A DNA stretch of 64,000 nt from Pseudomonadota bacterium (GCA_046733175.1 JBKPOO010000027.1:2583-66582); one strand, 5' to 3'; counted from the stretch's first letter, positions 10,182-19,614 are shown. The notes: generated from the sequence alone by a model not told the origin. A program made the numbers and translations.

Positions 10182-11153
10182 TTAGGCGACTTGGCGGGAC
10201 TCCACGAGGGCCCGCGACCGCAGTCCTTCCATCAGCTCCTGCTCGGATGCGTGAGCCTTCGCCATTTCGGCCGCCAGCCATTCGCGGAACCTCTTGACCT
10301 TCGGGACGAGGCGGCGCTCGCTTGGATAGACGAGCCAATAGGACCAGCCGCGCTTGGATATCTTGTCCGGGAACGGCACGAGCAAACGTCCCTGCGCAAT
10401 GTCGTTGACCCAAAGGAAGGGCGACATCAGTGCAAAGCCCTGCCCGCCCATCGCCGCGTGGCCTTCGTTCGCCTGGTTGTCGAGGCGAAGGCCACCCCGC
10501 GGTTGCGGCCGGCCTTCGGTTTCGACGCCGCTATCTTTGAACCATTGCTCCCACCAGCTGTCCTGCGGGCTGATCAGCGGCAGCTCCAGGAGATCGGCCG
10601 GCTCAAGATTGGGACCGAATTTCTTGAGCGCCTCGGCCATGCACGGCGGAGAGGCCATGGGCGTGAAATCGACGTCGAACAATTTGTGCTTTTCGAGCCC
10701 GTCCCAATCGCCGCGACCGGCGCGGATCGCGATATCGGTGTCTCCCGAGCGCAGATCGACGACCTCGTTGCTGGTCGACAGGCGGACGGCAAGGTCGGGA
10801 TGCTCCATCTGGAAGGCGCCCAGCACCCAGGCCAACCACGTATTGGCAAAGGTGTGGGTCGTGGTCACTGTGAGGAGCGATTCATCTTCCTGCCGATGGC
10901 TCGCGAAGGCAGCTTCGATCGTGTCGAATGCCGTCGAGAGAGCCGGCATGAGCCGCGAACCGAGCGGAGTAAGCCTCACGCGGCCGCGCTCGCGCACGAA
11001 AAGTGGCGCGCCCAAACGCTCTTCGAGGCTTTTGACCTGATAGGAAACTGCGGCCTGGGTCATACCAAGCTCGGCCGCTGCGGCCGTGAAATTCTCTGTT
11101 CGGGCAGCGGCCTCGAAGGCCCGGATCGCGGCGAGTGGGGGAAGCCGTCTCAT
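10182..11153 (-). CDS. LysR-family transcriptional regulator
   Basis: 323-aa ORF with an N-terminal HTH (LAAIRAFEAAARTENFTAAAAELGMTQAAVSYQVKSLEERLG) and a LysR substrate-binding domain. Confidence 0.9.
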   Translation of the reverse strand: MRRLPPLAAIRAFEAAARTENFTAAAAELGMTQAAVSYQVKSLEERLGAPLFVRERGRVRLTPLGSRLMPALSTAFDTIEAAFASHRQEDESLLTVTTTHTFANTWLAWVLGAFQMEHPDLAVRLSTSNEVVDLRSGDTDIAIRAGRGDWDGLEKHKLFDVDFTPMASPPCMAEALKKFGPNLEPADLLELPLISPQDSWWEQWFKDSGVETEGRPQPRGGLRLDNQANEGHAAMGGQGFALMSPFLWVNDIAQGRLLVPFPDKISKRGWSYWLVYPSERRLVPKVKRFREWLAAEMAKAHASEQELMEGLRSRALVESRQVA

Positions 11154-11309
11154 AAGCGTAACTAATAAGACCAGCTTATTGGTTCTGTCGAGTGTTTGAT
11201 TGGCGAAAGTCGGCCCGAAAACATAAATGATCCTCAGCCGCCGGCGAGGATTTTCCCTCCCCTATCCAGCCCCCACGCCGGCGGCAAACCAAAAGGAAGG
11301 AGGCGTGCC

Positions 11310-11498
11310 ATGATTTATGGCCACAATATTCGTGCGTTCATCGAAGACGGCCCCGCCGTTCAGGTTATCAACGCTCAGGCGTCGCGCTCGACCGCGCGCT
11401 CATGGCGCGCTCTCGATGCCGATCTGCGGCTTGCGCTCATCGAGCAGGCTTTGAAGCCGGCGAACGACATCATCGACGATTTTCCACTGGCGCTTTGA
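11310..11498 (+). CDS. 62-aa hypothetical protein
   Basis: Internal ATG 11310 of ORF 11196..11498(+), preceded by a strong SD (AAGGAAGGAGG). It is divergent from the LysR gene. The sequence starts MIYGHNIRAFIEDGPAVQVINAQ... Confidence 0.45.
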   Translation: MIYGHNIRAFIEDGPAVQVINAQASRSTARSWRALDADLRLALIEQALKPANDIIDDFPLAL

Positions 11499-11521
11499 GC
11501 CAGGACCAGGAGACGAAAGGA

Positions 11522-11707
11522 ATGGTCACCATGGTGGATGAGATTTACGACCGCGCGTACCGCGAAGGCCGCGCCGAATTGAATGCCGCATTGATCGGCT
11601 CCGCCGTCACCCTCGGCCGGCTGATCGGCGACAGCTTCAAGGTTCTCCATCGAATCGAATGGAGTGCACCGTGGGAGCAAAAGGCCAAGCGCGTACGGGT
11701 CAACTGA
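11522..11707 (+). CDS. about 60-aa hypothetical protein
   Basis: Tail of ORF 11402..11707(+). ATG 11522 lies 8 nt after AGGAGA; ATG 11531 lies 9 nt after AAAGGA. The sequence is MVTMVDEIYDRAYREGRAELNAALIGSAVTLGRLIGDSF... Confidence 0.45.
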   Translation: MVTMVDEIYDRAYREGRAELNAALIGSAVTLGRLIGDSFKVLHRIEWSAPWEQKAKRVRVN

Positions 11708-11716
11708 CACTCCCCT

Positions 11717-11748
11717 GAGGAGCGCGGGCGCACGCACCCGCGCTCCTC
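11717..11748 (+). terminator. GC-rich hairpin after the small-ORF pair
   Basis: GAGGAGCGCGGG-cgcacgca-CCCGCGCTCCTC forms a perfect 12-bp stem, 10 nt after the stop at 11705-11707. The trailing T-tract is weak (aatcctttg). Confidence 0.5.
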
Positions 11749-11850
11749 AATCCTTTGAAGAACCGACTAACGAACTCCAGCGGGCCCCCTTAATTGCGGT
11801 GGGGCAGGACAGGCTCTATAGCCGCCGCTCTTTCCACTGCCGTTGGAGCA

Positions 11851-12639
11851 ATGCGAACCGTGGCTCGCCGCCGCCAAATCTATGAGGGCAAGGCCAAGAT
11901 CCTCTATGAGGGTCCGGAGCCGGGTACGCTCATCCAATATTTCAAGGACGATGCGACCGCCTTCAACGCGCAAAAGCGCGGCACGATCAGCGGCAAGGGC
12001 GTGATCAACAACCGCATTTCCGAGCATATCTTCCTTTCGCTCCAGGCGATTGGAGTGCCGACCCATTTCATTCGCCGCCTCAACATGCGCGAACAGCTCA
12101 TCCGCCAGGTCGAAATCGTCCCGATCGAGGTGGTCGTCCGCAACGTTGCCGCGGGCTCGCTTTCGAAGCGGTTAGGCATTGAGGAAGGCACCCAGCTGCC
12201 GCGCACGATCATCGAATATTATTACAAGGACGATGCGCTCGGGGACCCGATGATTGCGGACGAGCATATCGCGTGCTTCGGCTGGGCCACGCAGGACGAA
12301 ATGAACGACATCGCCGACATGGCGATCCGGGTGAACGACTTCCTGTCCGGAATGTTCGCGGCGATCGGCATCCGGGTGATCGACTTCAAGCTGGAGTTCG
12401 GCCGCGTGTGGGACGGCGATTTCAGCCGCGTGATCCTGGCTGATGAGATCAGTCCCGACGGCTGCCGCCTGTGGGACATCAAGTCGGGCCAGAAGCTCGA
12501 CAAGGACCGCTTCCGGCAAGACCTGGGCGGGGTCGAGGAAGCCTATCAGGAAGTCGCCCGCCGCCTCGGGCTGCTTCAGGGCGACGACGAAGTCGCGGTC
12601 CTGGACCTCGACGAGCATCGCAAGAAGCGAGGCCGCTAA
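11851..12639 (+). CDS. purC: phosphoribosylaminoimidazole-succinocarboxamide (SAICAR) synthase
   Basis: ORF 11794..12639(+) trimmed to ATG 11851. The sequence reads [39 protein letters not shown]...[10 protein letters not shown]. Confidence 0.95.
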   Translation: MRTVARRRQIYEGKAKILYEGPEPGTLIQYFKDDATAFNAQKRGTISGKGVINNRISEHIFLSLQAIGVPTHFIRRLNMREQLIRQVEIVPIEVVVRNVAAGSLSKRLGIEEGTQLPRTIIEYYYKDDALGDPMIADEHIACFGWATQDEMNDIADMAIRVNDFLSGMFAAIGIRVIDFKLEFGRVWDGDFSRVILADEISPDGCRLWDIKSGQKLDKDRFRQDLGGVEEAYQEVARRLGLLQGDDEVAVLDLDEHRKKRGR

Positions 12640-12641
12640 GC

Positions 12642-12941
12642 CTAATCGATCACCTCGAAGTGAAGGACCTCGGGCTCCATTTCCAACAGGAAATCGGGGT
12701 CGAAGTCATAATATTTCGCCTTCGTCAGTTCGTCCCCGGCGAAGCGACGGATCGCTTCGATGTTCTCCCACAAAGTGAACATCTCGATGTGGACGGTGTC
12801 GCCTTCGCGGCGATGGAGGCACCATGCAGCGACATTGCCTTCGGTCGAGCGATAATCGGGCAGCGCGACGTCCTTAGACAGCCGCAGATATTCTTCGGCC
12901 TTGGCGAGGGGGACCCGTCCATGCCAGCGTCTTCCAATCAT
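12642..12941 (-). CDS. small ABM/Dabb-like (antibiotic-biosynthesis-monooxygenase fold) protein
   Basis: C-terminal 99 codons of ORF 12642..13541(-), starting at ATG 12941 (MIGRRWHGRVPLAKAEEYLRL...). The rest of the long ORF is antisense to priA. Confidence 0.55.
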   Translation of the reverse strand: MIGRRWHGRVPLAKAEEYLRLSKDVALPDYRSTEGNVAAWCLHRREGDTVHIEMFTLWENIEAIRRFAGDELTKAKYYDFDPDFLLEMEPEVLHFEVID

Positions 12942-12989
12942 TGAATGTCCTCTTGCTAGAAGTCCCATCAGCCCGCATCTGCCATAGCG

Positions 12990-15152
12990 ATGAAGCGCGC
13001 CCGGGTCGTCACCATGAATGCAGCACTTGGGCCGCTGGACTATCAAGTTCCAAAAAATATCGACGTCGAACCCGGTTCGATCGTCATTGCGCCGCTTGGT
13101 CCGAGGCAATTGCTTGGAGTCGCCTGGGAAGCTGAGCGACTCCCGACCAACGAAGTCCCCGACGCGCGGCTCAGGCCCCTGGCGGGCATCGTTCATGTGG
13201 CGCCAATCGCCGCGCCCTTGCGGCGCCTCTGCGAATGGACAGCCGACTACTATCTCGCGCCCCTCGCCTCGGTGCTGAGGATGGTCCTGCCCTCCTCGGC
13301 AGCGCTGGACGGGCCGCGCCAGCTCGTTGAATATCGGCCGACGGGTCTCGTTCCGGATCGATTGACCCCCCAGCGCGAAAAAGCGCTGTGCGGTCTCGAA
13401 GGCCGGCAGGGAACCATCCGCGAGCTCGCGGACCGTGCCGGAGTCAGCGAAAGCGTGATGCGCGGGCTGGTCCATGCCGGCGCCCTCGAACCCGTGGCGG
13501 TGGATGCGGACCGACCGCTGCCCGTCCCGGACCCCGAGCATGGCCCGCCCGATCTCAACGAGGATCAGCAGAGCGCGGCCGAAAGCCTGGTCTCATCCAT
13601 CGGCAAGGGCTTCGACCCGGTGCTGCTCGACGGCGTAACCGGATCAGGGAAGACCGAAGTCTATTTTGAAGCCATCGCTGAATGCCTTCGGCAAGGCAGG
13701 CAGGCACTGGTGCTGCTCCCCGAGATCGCGCTGACCGAGCCGTTCCTCAAGCGGTTCGAGGCGCGCTTCGGCTGCGCTCCCGTCGCCTGGCATTCTGACC
13801 TGCGATCATCGCAGAGACGTCGCGCCTGGCGCGGCATCGCAAGCGGTGAAGCCCAGGTGACCGTCGGCGCTCGGTCCGCCCTTTTTCTTCCATACCAGAA
13901 CCTCGGCCTGATCGTCGTTGATGAGGCGCACGAGCCGAGTTTCAAGCAGGAGGACGGAGTCCAGTATCACGCCCGCGACACCGCCGTGATGCGCGCGAAG
14001 TTCGAAGACATTCCGGTCATCCTCTCGTCCGCGACTCCGGCCATTGAAAGCAAGCAAATGGTCGAGCTCGGCCGTTATCGCGAGATCAGCCTGCCGCAGC
14101 GCTTCGCGGGTGCATCTCTGCCGGAAATCAGCGCGGTCGATCTCACCCAGGACCCGCCGCCGCGCGGCCGGTGGCTGGCGCCGAGCGTAGTCACCGAGCT
14201 TGAGGCCAACCTGGAGCGCGGCGAGCAGTCCCTGCTTTTCCTCAACCGCCGCGGTTTCGCGCCGCTGACCCTGTGCCGGCATTGCGGGCACCGCTTCCAA
14301 TGTCCGAACTGCACGGCCTGGATGGTCGAGCACCGGCTCATGCATCGCCTCGCCTGTCACCATTGCGGACATGTGATGCCGCCGCCGAACGCCTGCCCCG
14401 AGTGCGGCGAGGAAGACAGCCTCGTCGCTTGCGGGCCCGGGGTGGAACGCATCGCGGACGAAGTCGCGGAGCTGTTCCCCGAGGCGCGGACGGCGATCGT
14501 CACGAGCGACACGATCTGGTCTCCGCTCCGCGCCGCAGAGTTCGTCGGAGCAATGGAGGCTGATGCGATCGACGTCGTGATCGGAACCCAGCTCGTTACG
14601 AAGGGCTATCACTTCCCCAACTTGACCTTCGTCGGAGTCGTTGACGCCGATCTCGGCCTGGCTGGAGGCGACCTTCGCGCGGCCGAGCGCAGCTTCCAGC
14701 AAATCCAGCAGGTGGCCGGACGGGCCGGGCGCGGAGACAAGCCCGGCAGGGTCTTGGTTCAGACTCACGAACCTGGCGCCCCCGTAATTGCCGCGTTGGT
14801 GTCGGGAGACGCCCCGGGCTTCTACGCCGCGGAAACCGAGGCCCGGCGCGAAGCCGCGATGCCGCCTTTCGGACGCCTCGCAGCGATCATCGTCTCGGCC
14901 GAGGATTCGGACGAGGCGAATGCTGTTGCGCGGCGGATCGGTCAGGCCGCACCCAAGGTCGACGGAATGGCGGTGTTTGGACCGGCCCCCGCCCCGCTCG
15001 CGATGCTCCGTGGCCGGCATCGCCAGCGCCTGCTGGTCCACGCCCGTCGCACCCTCGACGTCCAGGACGTGATCCGGGACTGGCTGGCCGAGATCGAATG
15101 GAGCGCAAAGGTCCGGGTCAGCGTCGACGTCGATCCCTATAGCTTCCTCTGA
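12990..15152 (+). CDS. priA: primosomal protein N' (replication restart helicase)
   Basis: 720-aa ORF with Walker A GVTGSGKTEVY, DEAH-type VVDEAHE and the Cys-rich zinc module CRHCGHRFQCPNC...CHHCGH...CPECG. Confidence 0.95.
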   Translation: MKRARVVTMNAALGPLDYQVPKNIDVEPGSIVIAPLGPRQLLGVAWEAERLPTNEVPDARLRPLAGIVHVAPIAAPLRRLCEWTADYYLAPLASVLRMVLPSSAALDGPRQLVEYRPTGLVPDRLTPQREKALCGLEGRQGTIRELADRAGVSESVMRGLVHAGALEPVAVDADRPLPVPDPEHGPPDLNEDQQSAAESLVSSIGKGFDPVLLDGVTGSGKTEVYFEAIAECLRQGRQALVLLPEIALTEPFLKRFEARFGCAPVAWHSDLRSSQRRRAWRGIASGEAQVTVGARSALFLPYQNLGLIVVDEAHEPSFKQEDGVQYHARDTAVMRAKFEDIPVILSSATPAIESKQMVELGRYREISLPQRFAGASLPEISAVDLTQDPPPRGRWLAPSVVTELEANLERGEQSLLFLNRRGFAPLTLCRHCGHRFQCPNCTAWMVEHRLMHRLACHHCGHVMPPPNACPECGEEDSLVACGPGVERIADEVAELFPEARTAIVTSDTIWSPLRAAEFVGAMEADAIDVVIGTQLVTKGYHFPNLTFVGVVDADLGLAGGDLRAAERSFQQIQQVAGRAGRGDKPGRVLVQTHEPGAPVIAALVSGDAPGFYAAETEARREAAMPPFGRLAAIIVSAEDSDEANAVARRIGQAAPKVDGMAVFGPAPAPLAMLRGRHRQRLLVHARRTLDVQDVIRDWLAEIEWSAKVRVSVDVDPYSFL

Positions 15153-15257
15153 AGCCGCCCCGCTGTCTTACCGTTGACACATCCTCCGATAACGTATTCT
15201 TTCCCGATCACACGTGCCGAGTCGCGCGGGCGCAATGCCCGACGGGGGAGACTCACG

Positions 15258-16181
15258 GTGCGGCCAATTTCCATGCTGCTGACCGCCTGCGCGGCTGTCG
15301 TTTTGACGGGATGCACTTCATTCGAAGGCGCGCCACGACCGGTCATCGGGTTGCGACAGAATCTCGCAATGCTCGACAACTACAAGATTCCTGCCGCGAT
15401 CGAAGATTTCGATGCCTTAGCCGGACCGAAACCCGACGAGGCGGTCCGTTACCGCAATAAGGTCATGGCGATCTATATGAACGCGATGGACGCGCAATAT
15501 GCGCTGTTCCGACGCAAGCTTAACGATCAGCGAAAGGGTACCAATCTCGGGCTTGACCTTGCGACACTCGGATTGACTGGAGCAGTTCCGCTCGTGGCCA
15601 GCGGAGCGAAGGATGTGCTCGGCGCGCTGGCCAACGCGGCGACGTCCAGCCGGACAGCAATCGATAAGGAACTCTACTTCGAACAGACGCTGCCGGCGTT
15701 GCTCGCAGCGATGGATGCCGAGCGGGATGACGCTAAGGCCAATCTCATCACAAATATGAGCAAGTCTGCCGCGGAATATCCCATGGCGGTGGCCTTCACC
15801 CACCTTAGTTCCTACGAGGCGTCGGCGTCATTCGAGCGGGCCGCCGACAAGCTGACTGCGGCAGCCAGCGCGGATCGGGCGAAGGCAAACGCCAAACTCG
15901 AAAACGCGGTTGCCGGCTGCAACGTGAACGAGGATCTCTCCACGCCCCGCAGACGCATTTTCGGCTACGTCGTAAGTGAAAAGGCCACTGCCGAAGTACT
16001 TTCCAAAATGGCGCTTCGAGTGGGCGCTCCCACCACGCGTGATGGGAAACCGTTGACCGTTCAAGAGCAGCGGGACGCTATTCAAGACAAGCTGCTGAAC
16101 GGACCCTGCGATCTCACCACCCTGAACCTGATCGCTTCGGATTTTGCCACTTACACAAAGCCAAATGGAGCTAATCAATGA
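15258..16181 (+). CDS. hypothetical lipoprotein (Ala-rich, predicted helical)
   Basis: ORF 15174..16181(+), with the start at GTG 15258, 8 nt after GGGGGAG. It has a signal peptide and lipobox (MRPISMLLTACAAVVLTG/C). No family recognised. G+C is visibly lower than in the flanks. Confidence 0.65.
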   Translation: MRPISMLLTACAAVVLTGCTSFEGAPRPVIGLRQNLAMLDNYKIPAAIEDFDALAGPKPDEAVRYRNKVMAIYMNAMDAQYALFRRKLNDQRKGTNLGLDLATLGLTGAVPLVASGAKDVLGALANAATSSRTAIDKELYFEQTLPALLAAMDAERDDAKANLITNMSKSAAEYPMAVAFTHLSSYEASASFERAADKLTAAASADRAKANAKLENAVAGCNVNEDLSTPRRRIFGYVVSEKATAEVLSKMALRVGAPTTRDGKPLTVQEQRDAIQDKLLNGPCDLTTLNLIASDFATYTKPNGANQ

Positions 16182-16459
16182 GCAAAGCTCAAACCACTTA
16201 TCCGAAGTCTTCGAACCTGACCCTGGAGCAGATGGAAACGCGGGCAAATAGCGATGAAGCGCTGTTCCTCCGTTTGACTGCGCTTGGCCACACTGACGAG
16301 GATACACTCCTCACCTTTGACCGCTCCACGTCGGCGCCGCCCCATAAAATTTCCCTGCGGAAAGCCGACGATGCGCCGGCCGGTGAGAAGATCTGCACTG
16401 GGAAAATTTGGATCCAGGGCAAGGAGCAGAATGTAACTGCGTACCGTCGATCGAACTAA
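16178..16459 (+). CDS. 93-aa hypothetical protein, translationally coupled to the lipoprotein gene
   Basis: ATGA start/stop overlap at 16178-16181, with GGAG 8 nt upstream. No signal peptide and no recognisable domain. The first 60 nt are about 40% G+C by hand count. Confidence 0.5.
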   Translation: MSKAQTTYPKSSNLTLEQMETRANSDEALFLRLTALGHTDEDTLLTFDRSTSAPPHKISLRKADDAPAGEKICTGKIWIQGKEQNVTAYRRSN

Positions 16460-16471
16460 CCTTGGTCGGCG

Positions 16472-17341
16472 TCAGCGCATCCAGCTCGGCTGAATGAGCC
16501 GCCCGCGCTTCAAAGCGAGCACGATCATGCAAATCCCGAGCGCCGTCGCGATGGTGATCGCGATGATCGAGCCCTCGAGGCCGAACTGACCGCCTGAGAG
16601 GAGCTCCGGACCGGATAGCCTCGCCTGGACCAGGCCATGCTCGTCCACTCCCGAAACCGGAACATCGAAAATCTCGCCCTGCGTGAAATTCCAGCCCGCG
16701 TGCAGTCCCATGACCAGCCACAGATTGCGCGTTAGCATGTAGGCCGCGCCGAGCAGGACGCCCGCTTCGACGGCGATTGCGAAGGACGAAAACCAGGTGG
16801 CGTTGGGATTGAAGATATGCGCCAGTCCGAACAGGGCCGAAGTCACGAGCAGGGCCAGCCAGGTGCCGCCGAACTCCTCGATCCAACGGAACAGAATTCC
16901 CCTAAACAGCAGCTCTTCGGTGAAGGCGGGCATGATCGCCACGGCGACCAAATCGAACCATAGCCTCGACGTGTCGCCAGGGCCGGTTATGCGATAGACT
17001 CCCAGGGCTGCGGCGACGGCCACCGACAATGCCATGATCGAGAATCCAATGGCAATCCCGACGGCGCCGTCGCGCAGCGCGGGACCCGCGGGCAGGTCGT
17101 CCTTCGGGTGTGCGCCAAAGCGGACGATGATCAGCTTATAGGCTGCGAGCAGGAAGGCGATTGTGATTGCCGCGTGGACCGCGGTATCCGCGGTCTTGTC
17201 GATCGCCGGAACGAATTTTCCGACCGTTACGCTCGCCCAAAGCGCGAAGAGGTAGATCGCCGTCGCAATGACGAGGGCTACCAGGGGGTAGTCGAGGATT
17301 CGCCGCCAGATTGGGCGTTTCGCTTGAGCTTCTGATGTCAT
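16472..17341 (-). CDS. CPBP-family intramembrane metalloprotease (CAAX/Abi type)
   Basis: ORF 16472..17515(-) trimmed to ATG 17341 (SD GAGGGGG). Motifs EELLFRG, FGLAHIFN and HAGWNF are present, with multiple TM segments. Confidence 0.8.
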   Translation of the reverse strand: MTSEAQAKRPIWRRILDYPLVALVIATAIYLFALWASVTVGKFVPAIDKTADTAVHAAITIAFLLAAYKLIIVRFGAHPKDDLPAGPALRDGAVGIAIGFSIMALSVAVAAALGVYRITGPGDTSRLWFDLVAVAIMPAFTEELLFRGILFRWIEEFGGTWLALLVTSALFGLAHIFNPNATWFSSFAIAVEAGVLLGAAYMLTRNLWLVMGLHAGWNFTQGEIFDVPVSGVDEHGLVQARLSGPELLSGGQFGLEGSIIAITIATALGICMIVLALKRGRLIQPSWMR

Positions 17342-17391
17342 CGTTTCCCCCTCAGCCTTGTTGAGCCGAGGCACGAGGAAACGGCAAGCTA

Positions 17392-18501
17392 CTAATCGAT
17401 TAGCGGCAGCTGCGGGGACGCGACGCCGCCTTCGGCGTCGAGCAACATCTTCTTGCGGTCGAGCCCCCCGGCATAGCCCCCAAGCGTTCCATCGCTGCGG
17501 ATCACTCGGTGGCATGGGATCAGCACCGCGACATGGTTGTCGCCGTTGGCGGTGCCGACTGCACGGACGGCAGTCGGCTGGCCGATCGCGGCGGCTATCT
17601 GCGCGTAGCTCCGAGTCTCGCCCGGCGGGATCTTGCGCAATTCGCGCCAGACCGCTTCCTGGAAAGCGGTCCCTGCGACGTCGATCGGCAGGTCCGGCAT
17701 GGCCGCCGGATGCTGGATCGCTTCGAGGGCTCCTTCGACCAGCTCGCGAAGCCCGCCGTCATCGCGCACGATCGTCGCTTTGGGGAAGAGACGTCGAAGC
17801 GACGCCTCGCTGTCGCTGAATGTCAGCCTGCAGATTCCCTTGGGTGTCGCGGCAATCAGCATCTGGCCGAGCGGGCTGTCGAACGTCGTCCAGCGGATCG
17901 TTTCGCCGCGGCCGCCGTCGCGCCAGGCGGATGGGGTCATTCCGAGCCTCTCCTTCGCATCGCTGTAGAATCCGCTCGGGCCTGAATAACCGGCATCGTA
18001 AATGGCGTCGGTCACCCGGCCGTTCGCCTTGAGCGCAGTTTGCGCGCGCTTGTTACGCAGTGCCCGCGCATATTCCGCCGGCGAAACTCCGAGATCGCGC
18101 TTGAAAATCCGCTGGAAATGATGCGGCGCGTAGCCCACCGCTTCGGCCAGTTCCGCGAGGCTGGGCGCCTCCTCGGCATTCTCGATGACCTTCACTGCTT
18201 GCGCCACGGCTTCCCGGTCCCGCCCCACTTCGTCCGGCTTGCACCGGAGGCACGGCCGGTAGCCCGCCGAGCGCGCTTCCTCCGCCGTCGCGAAGAATTG
18301 CACGTTCTCGCGCTTGGGCCGCTTCGCCGGGCAGCTCGGCTTGCAGTAGATGCCGGTCGTGGTGACGGCACCGATCACCTGGCCGTCCCAGCTGCGGTCG
18401 CGGCGCATGAAGGCCGCCCAGGCTGTGTCGGCGTCAAGGCGGGCGACGTTGGTCATCCGTTCCGATTTAGGCGCATGGATGGGCGTCGCAAGCGTAGCCA
18501 T
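17392..18501 (-). CDS. ada: bifunctional Ada: AraC-type regulator / O6-methylguanine-DNA methyltransferase
   Basis: ORF 17392..18546(-) trimmed to ATG 18501. It has the N-Ada Zn cluster (CKPSCPAKR...CLRC), an AraC HTH and the MGMT active site PCHRVI. Confidence 0.9.
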   Translation of the reverse strand: MATLATPIHAPKSERMTNVARLDADTAWAAFMRRDRSWDGQVIGAVTTTGIYCKPSCPAKRPKRENVQFFATAEEARSAGYRPCLRCKPDEVGRDREAVAQAVKVIENAEEAPSLAELAEAVGYAPHHFQRIFKRDLGVSPAEYARALRNKRAQTALKANGRVTDAIYDAGYSGPSGFYSDAKERLGMTPSAWRDGGRGETIRWTTFDSPLGQMLIAATPKGICRLTFSDSEASLRRLFPKATIVRDDGGLRELVEGALEAIQHPAAMPDLPIDVAGTAFQEAVWRELRKIPPGETRSYAQIAAAIGQPTAVRAVGTANGDNHVAVLIPCHRVIRSDGTLGGYAGGLDRKKMLLDAEGGVASPQLPLID

Positions 18502-18502
18502 G

Positions 18503-18985
18503 TCAGTTCCTTTCCACCCTCGCCGAGAAGCATCCGCGCGTCGCATTGTGCGCGTGGATCGTCACGATCTCCGGATTGGCGAAGAGCTTGCGGATTCCCG
18601 CATCGGCTTCGCCCGGCTGGGTAAGGATCGCCTCGGCCATCATCCCATCCTTGTCGAAACCGCGCAGGGACAGGACACGAGGTTCGAAGACCGGCGGCAC
18701 TTCATCGATATATTCCGCGGGCCGTTCGTCGGCTTCGGTGACGAAAATCGCATGGCTTGCCCGGTACGGATTGGCGACGTCGTGGCTCACGTGGTTCACC
18801 AGCAGCACGCTTTCGCCCAGGTCGCGGTCGGTGAGGCTTACACGGCACGGAAAGCTCGGTTTCGCAGTCACCGTCATCCTGACGATGCCCCGCCCCGCCA
18901 GCTCGTCGTCCGCCAAGCCGAACAGCGGGCGATAGGGCTCGGGATCCAAACCAACGACTCGGTAGGTCACTATCGCGCTCCTCAT
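18503..18985 (-). CDS. DUF1203-family protein
   Basis: ORF 18503..19027(-) trimmed to M15. The sequence reads MRSAIVTYRVVGLDPEPYRPLFGLADDELAGRGIVRMTV...PCRVSL. Confidence 0.6.
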   Translation of the reverse strand: MRSAIVTYRVVGLDPEPYRPLFGLADDELAGRGIVRMTVTAKPSFPCRVSLTDRDLGESVLLVNHVSHDVANPYRASHAIFVTEADERPAEYIDEVPPVFEPRVLSLRGFDKDGMMAEAILTQPGEADAGIRKLFANPEIVTIHAHNATRGCFSARVERN

Positions 18986-19073
18986 TTGCTCGATTCGGGG
19001 CCGGGATACAGACCGCGAACATTTCACGCGTCCGGAAGCTTGCGCTCAAACCCGAGCGTGAGATTCTGACACC

Positions 19074-19535
19074 ATGGAATTGACCTTCCATGCGGGCGAT
19101 TTCGATAGCCCTGACGTGCAGGCTCTGCTTGCAATGCATTATGGCATCATGCGGTCGATCTCGCCCCATCGTGCCTGTCATGTCCTTCCGCTCGAAGGCC
19201 TGAAGGATCCCGCGATCACCTTCTGGGCGGCTCGCGAGAACGGACAGCTGGTCGGGGTCGGCGCGCTGAAGGAAATCTCCGCGGATCACGGCGAGGTGAA
19301 GTCGATGCGAACGGCGCACCGGGCTCTGGGCCGCGGGGTGGGCCGGGAGGTGCTGCACCATATCGTCGATGAAGCGAAGTCGCGGGGCTACAAGCGCCTC
19401 AGTCTCGAAACCGGCGGGTCCAAGCCATTCGAGGCGGCGATCGCGCTCTACGAAAGCGAAGGATTTACCCGCTGCGGCCCGTTTGGCGGTTACGAAGACA
19501 CGCCTTTCTCCCGCTTCTTCACGCGCGAGCTGTAG
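19074..19535 (+). CDS. GNAT-family N-acetyltransferase
   Basis: 153-aa ORF with the acetyl-CoA motif RALGRGVGREVLHHIVDEAKSRGYKRLSLET. Confidence 0.85.
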   Translation: MELTFHAGDFDSPDVQALLAMHYGIMRSISPHRACHVLPLEGLKDPAITFWAARENGQLVGVGALKEISADHGEVKSMRTAHRALGRGVGREVLHHIVDEAKSRGYKRLSLETGGSKPFEAAIALYESEGFTRCGPFGGYEDTPFSRFFTREL

Positions 19536-19614
19536 ACCCGCCTTGCATCCCCGCCGGGCCGTTGCTAGGGGCCCCGGCGACCCATGGGGGCGTGCGGGGC
19601 GACCTGCATCAGCG

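Noticed and set aside
11708-11850. A possible purine or ZTP riboswitch in the purC leader.
   Set aside because: I could not recognise the conserved cores of either class. The only strong structure is the terminator hairpin of the preceding small ORFs.
13806-15041. A 411-aa minus-strand ORF inside priA. Similar cases are 27563..28786(-) in cpaF, 52783..54006(-) in clpA, 46614..48026(+) over coaD/ispA, and 19754..20728(-) and 22094..22963(-) over atp genes.
   Set aside because: All are antisense to genes with unambiguous family motifs, and none has motifs of its own.
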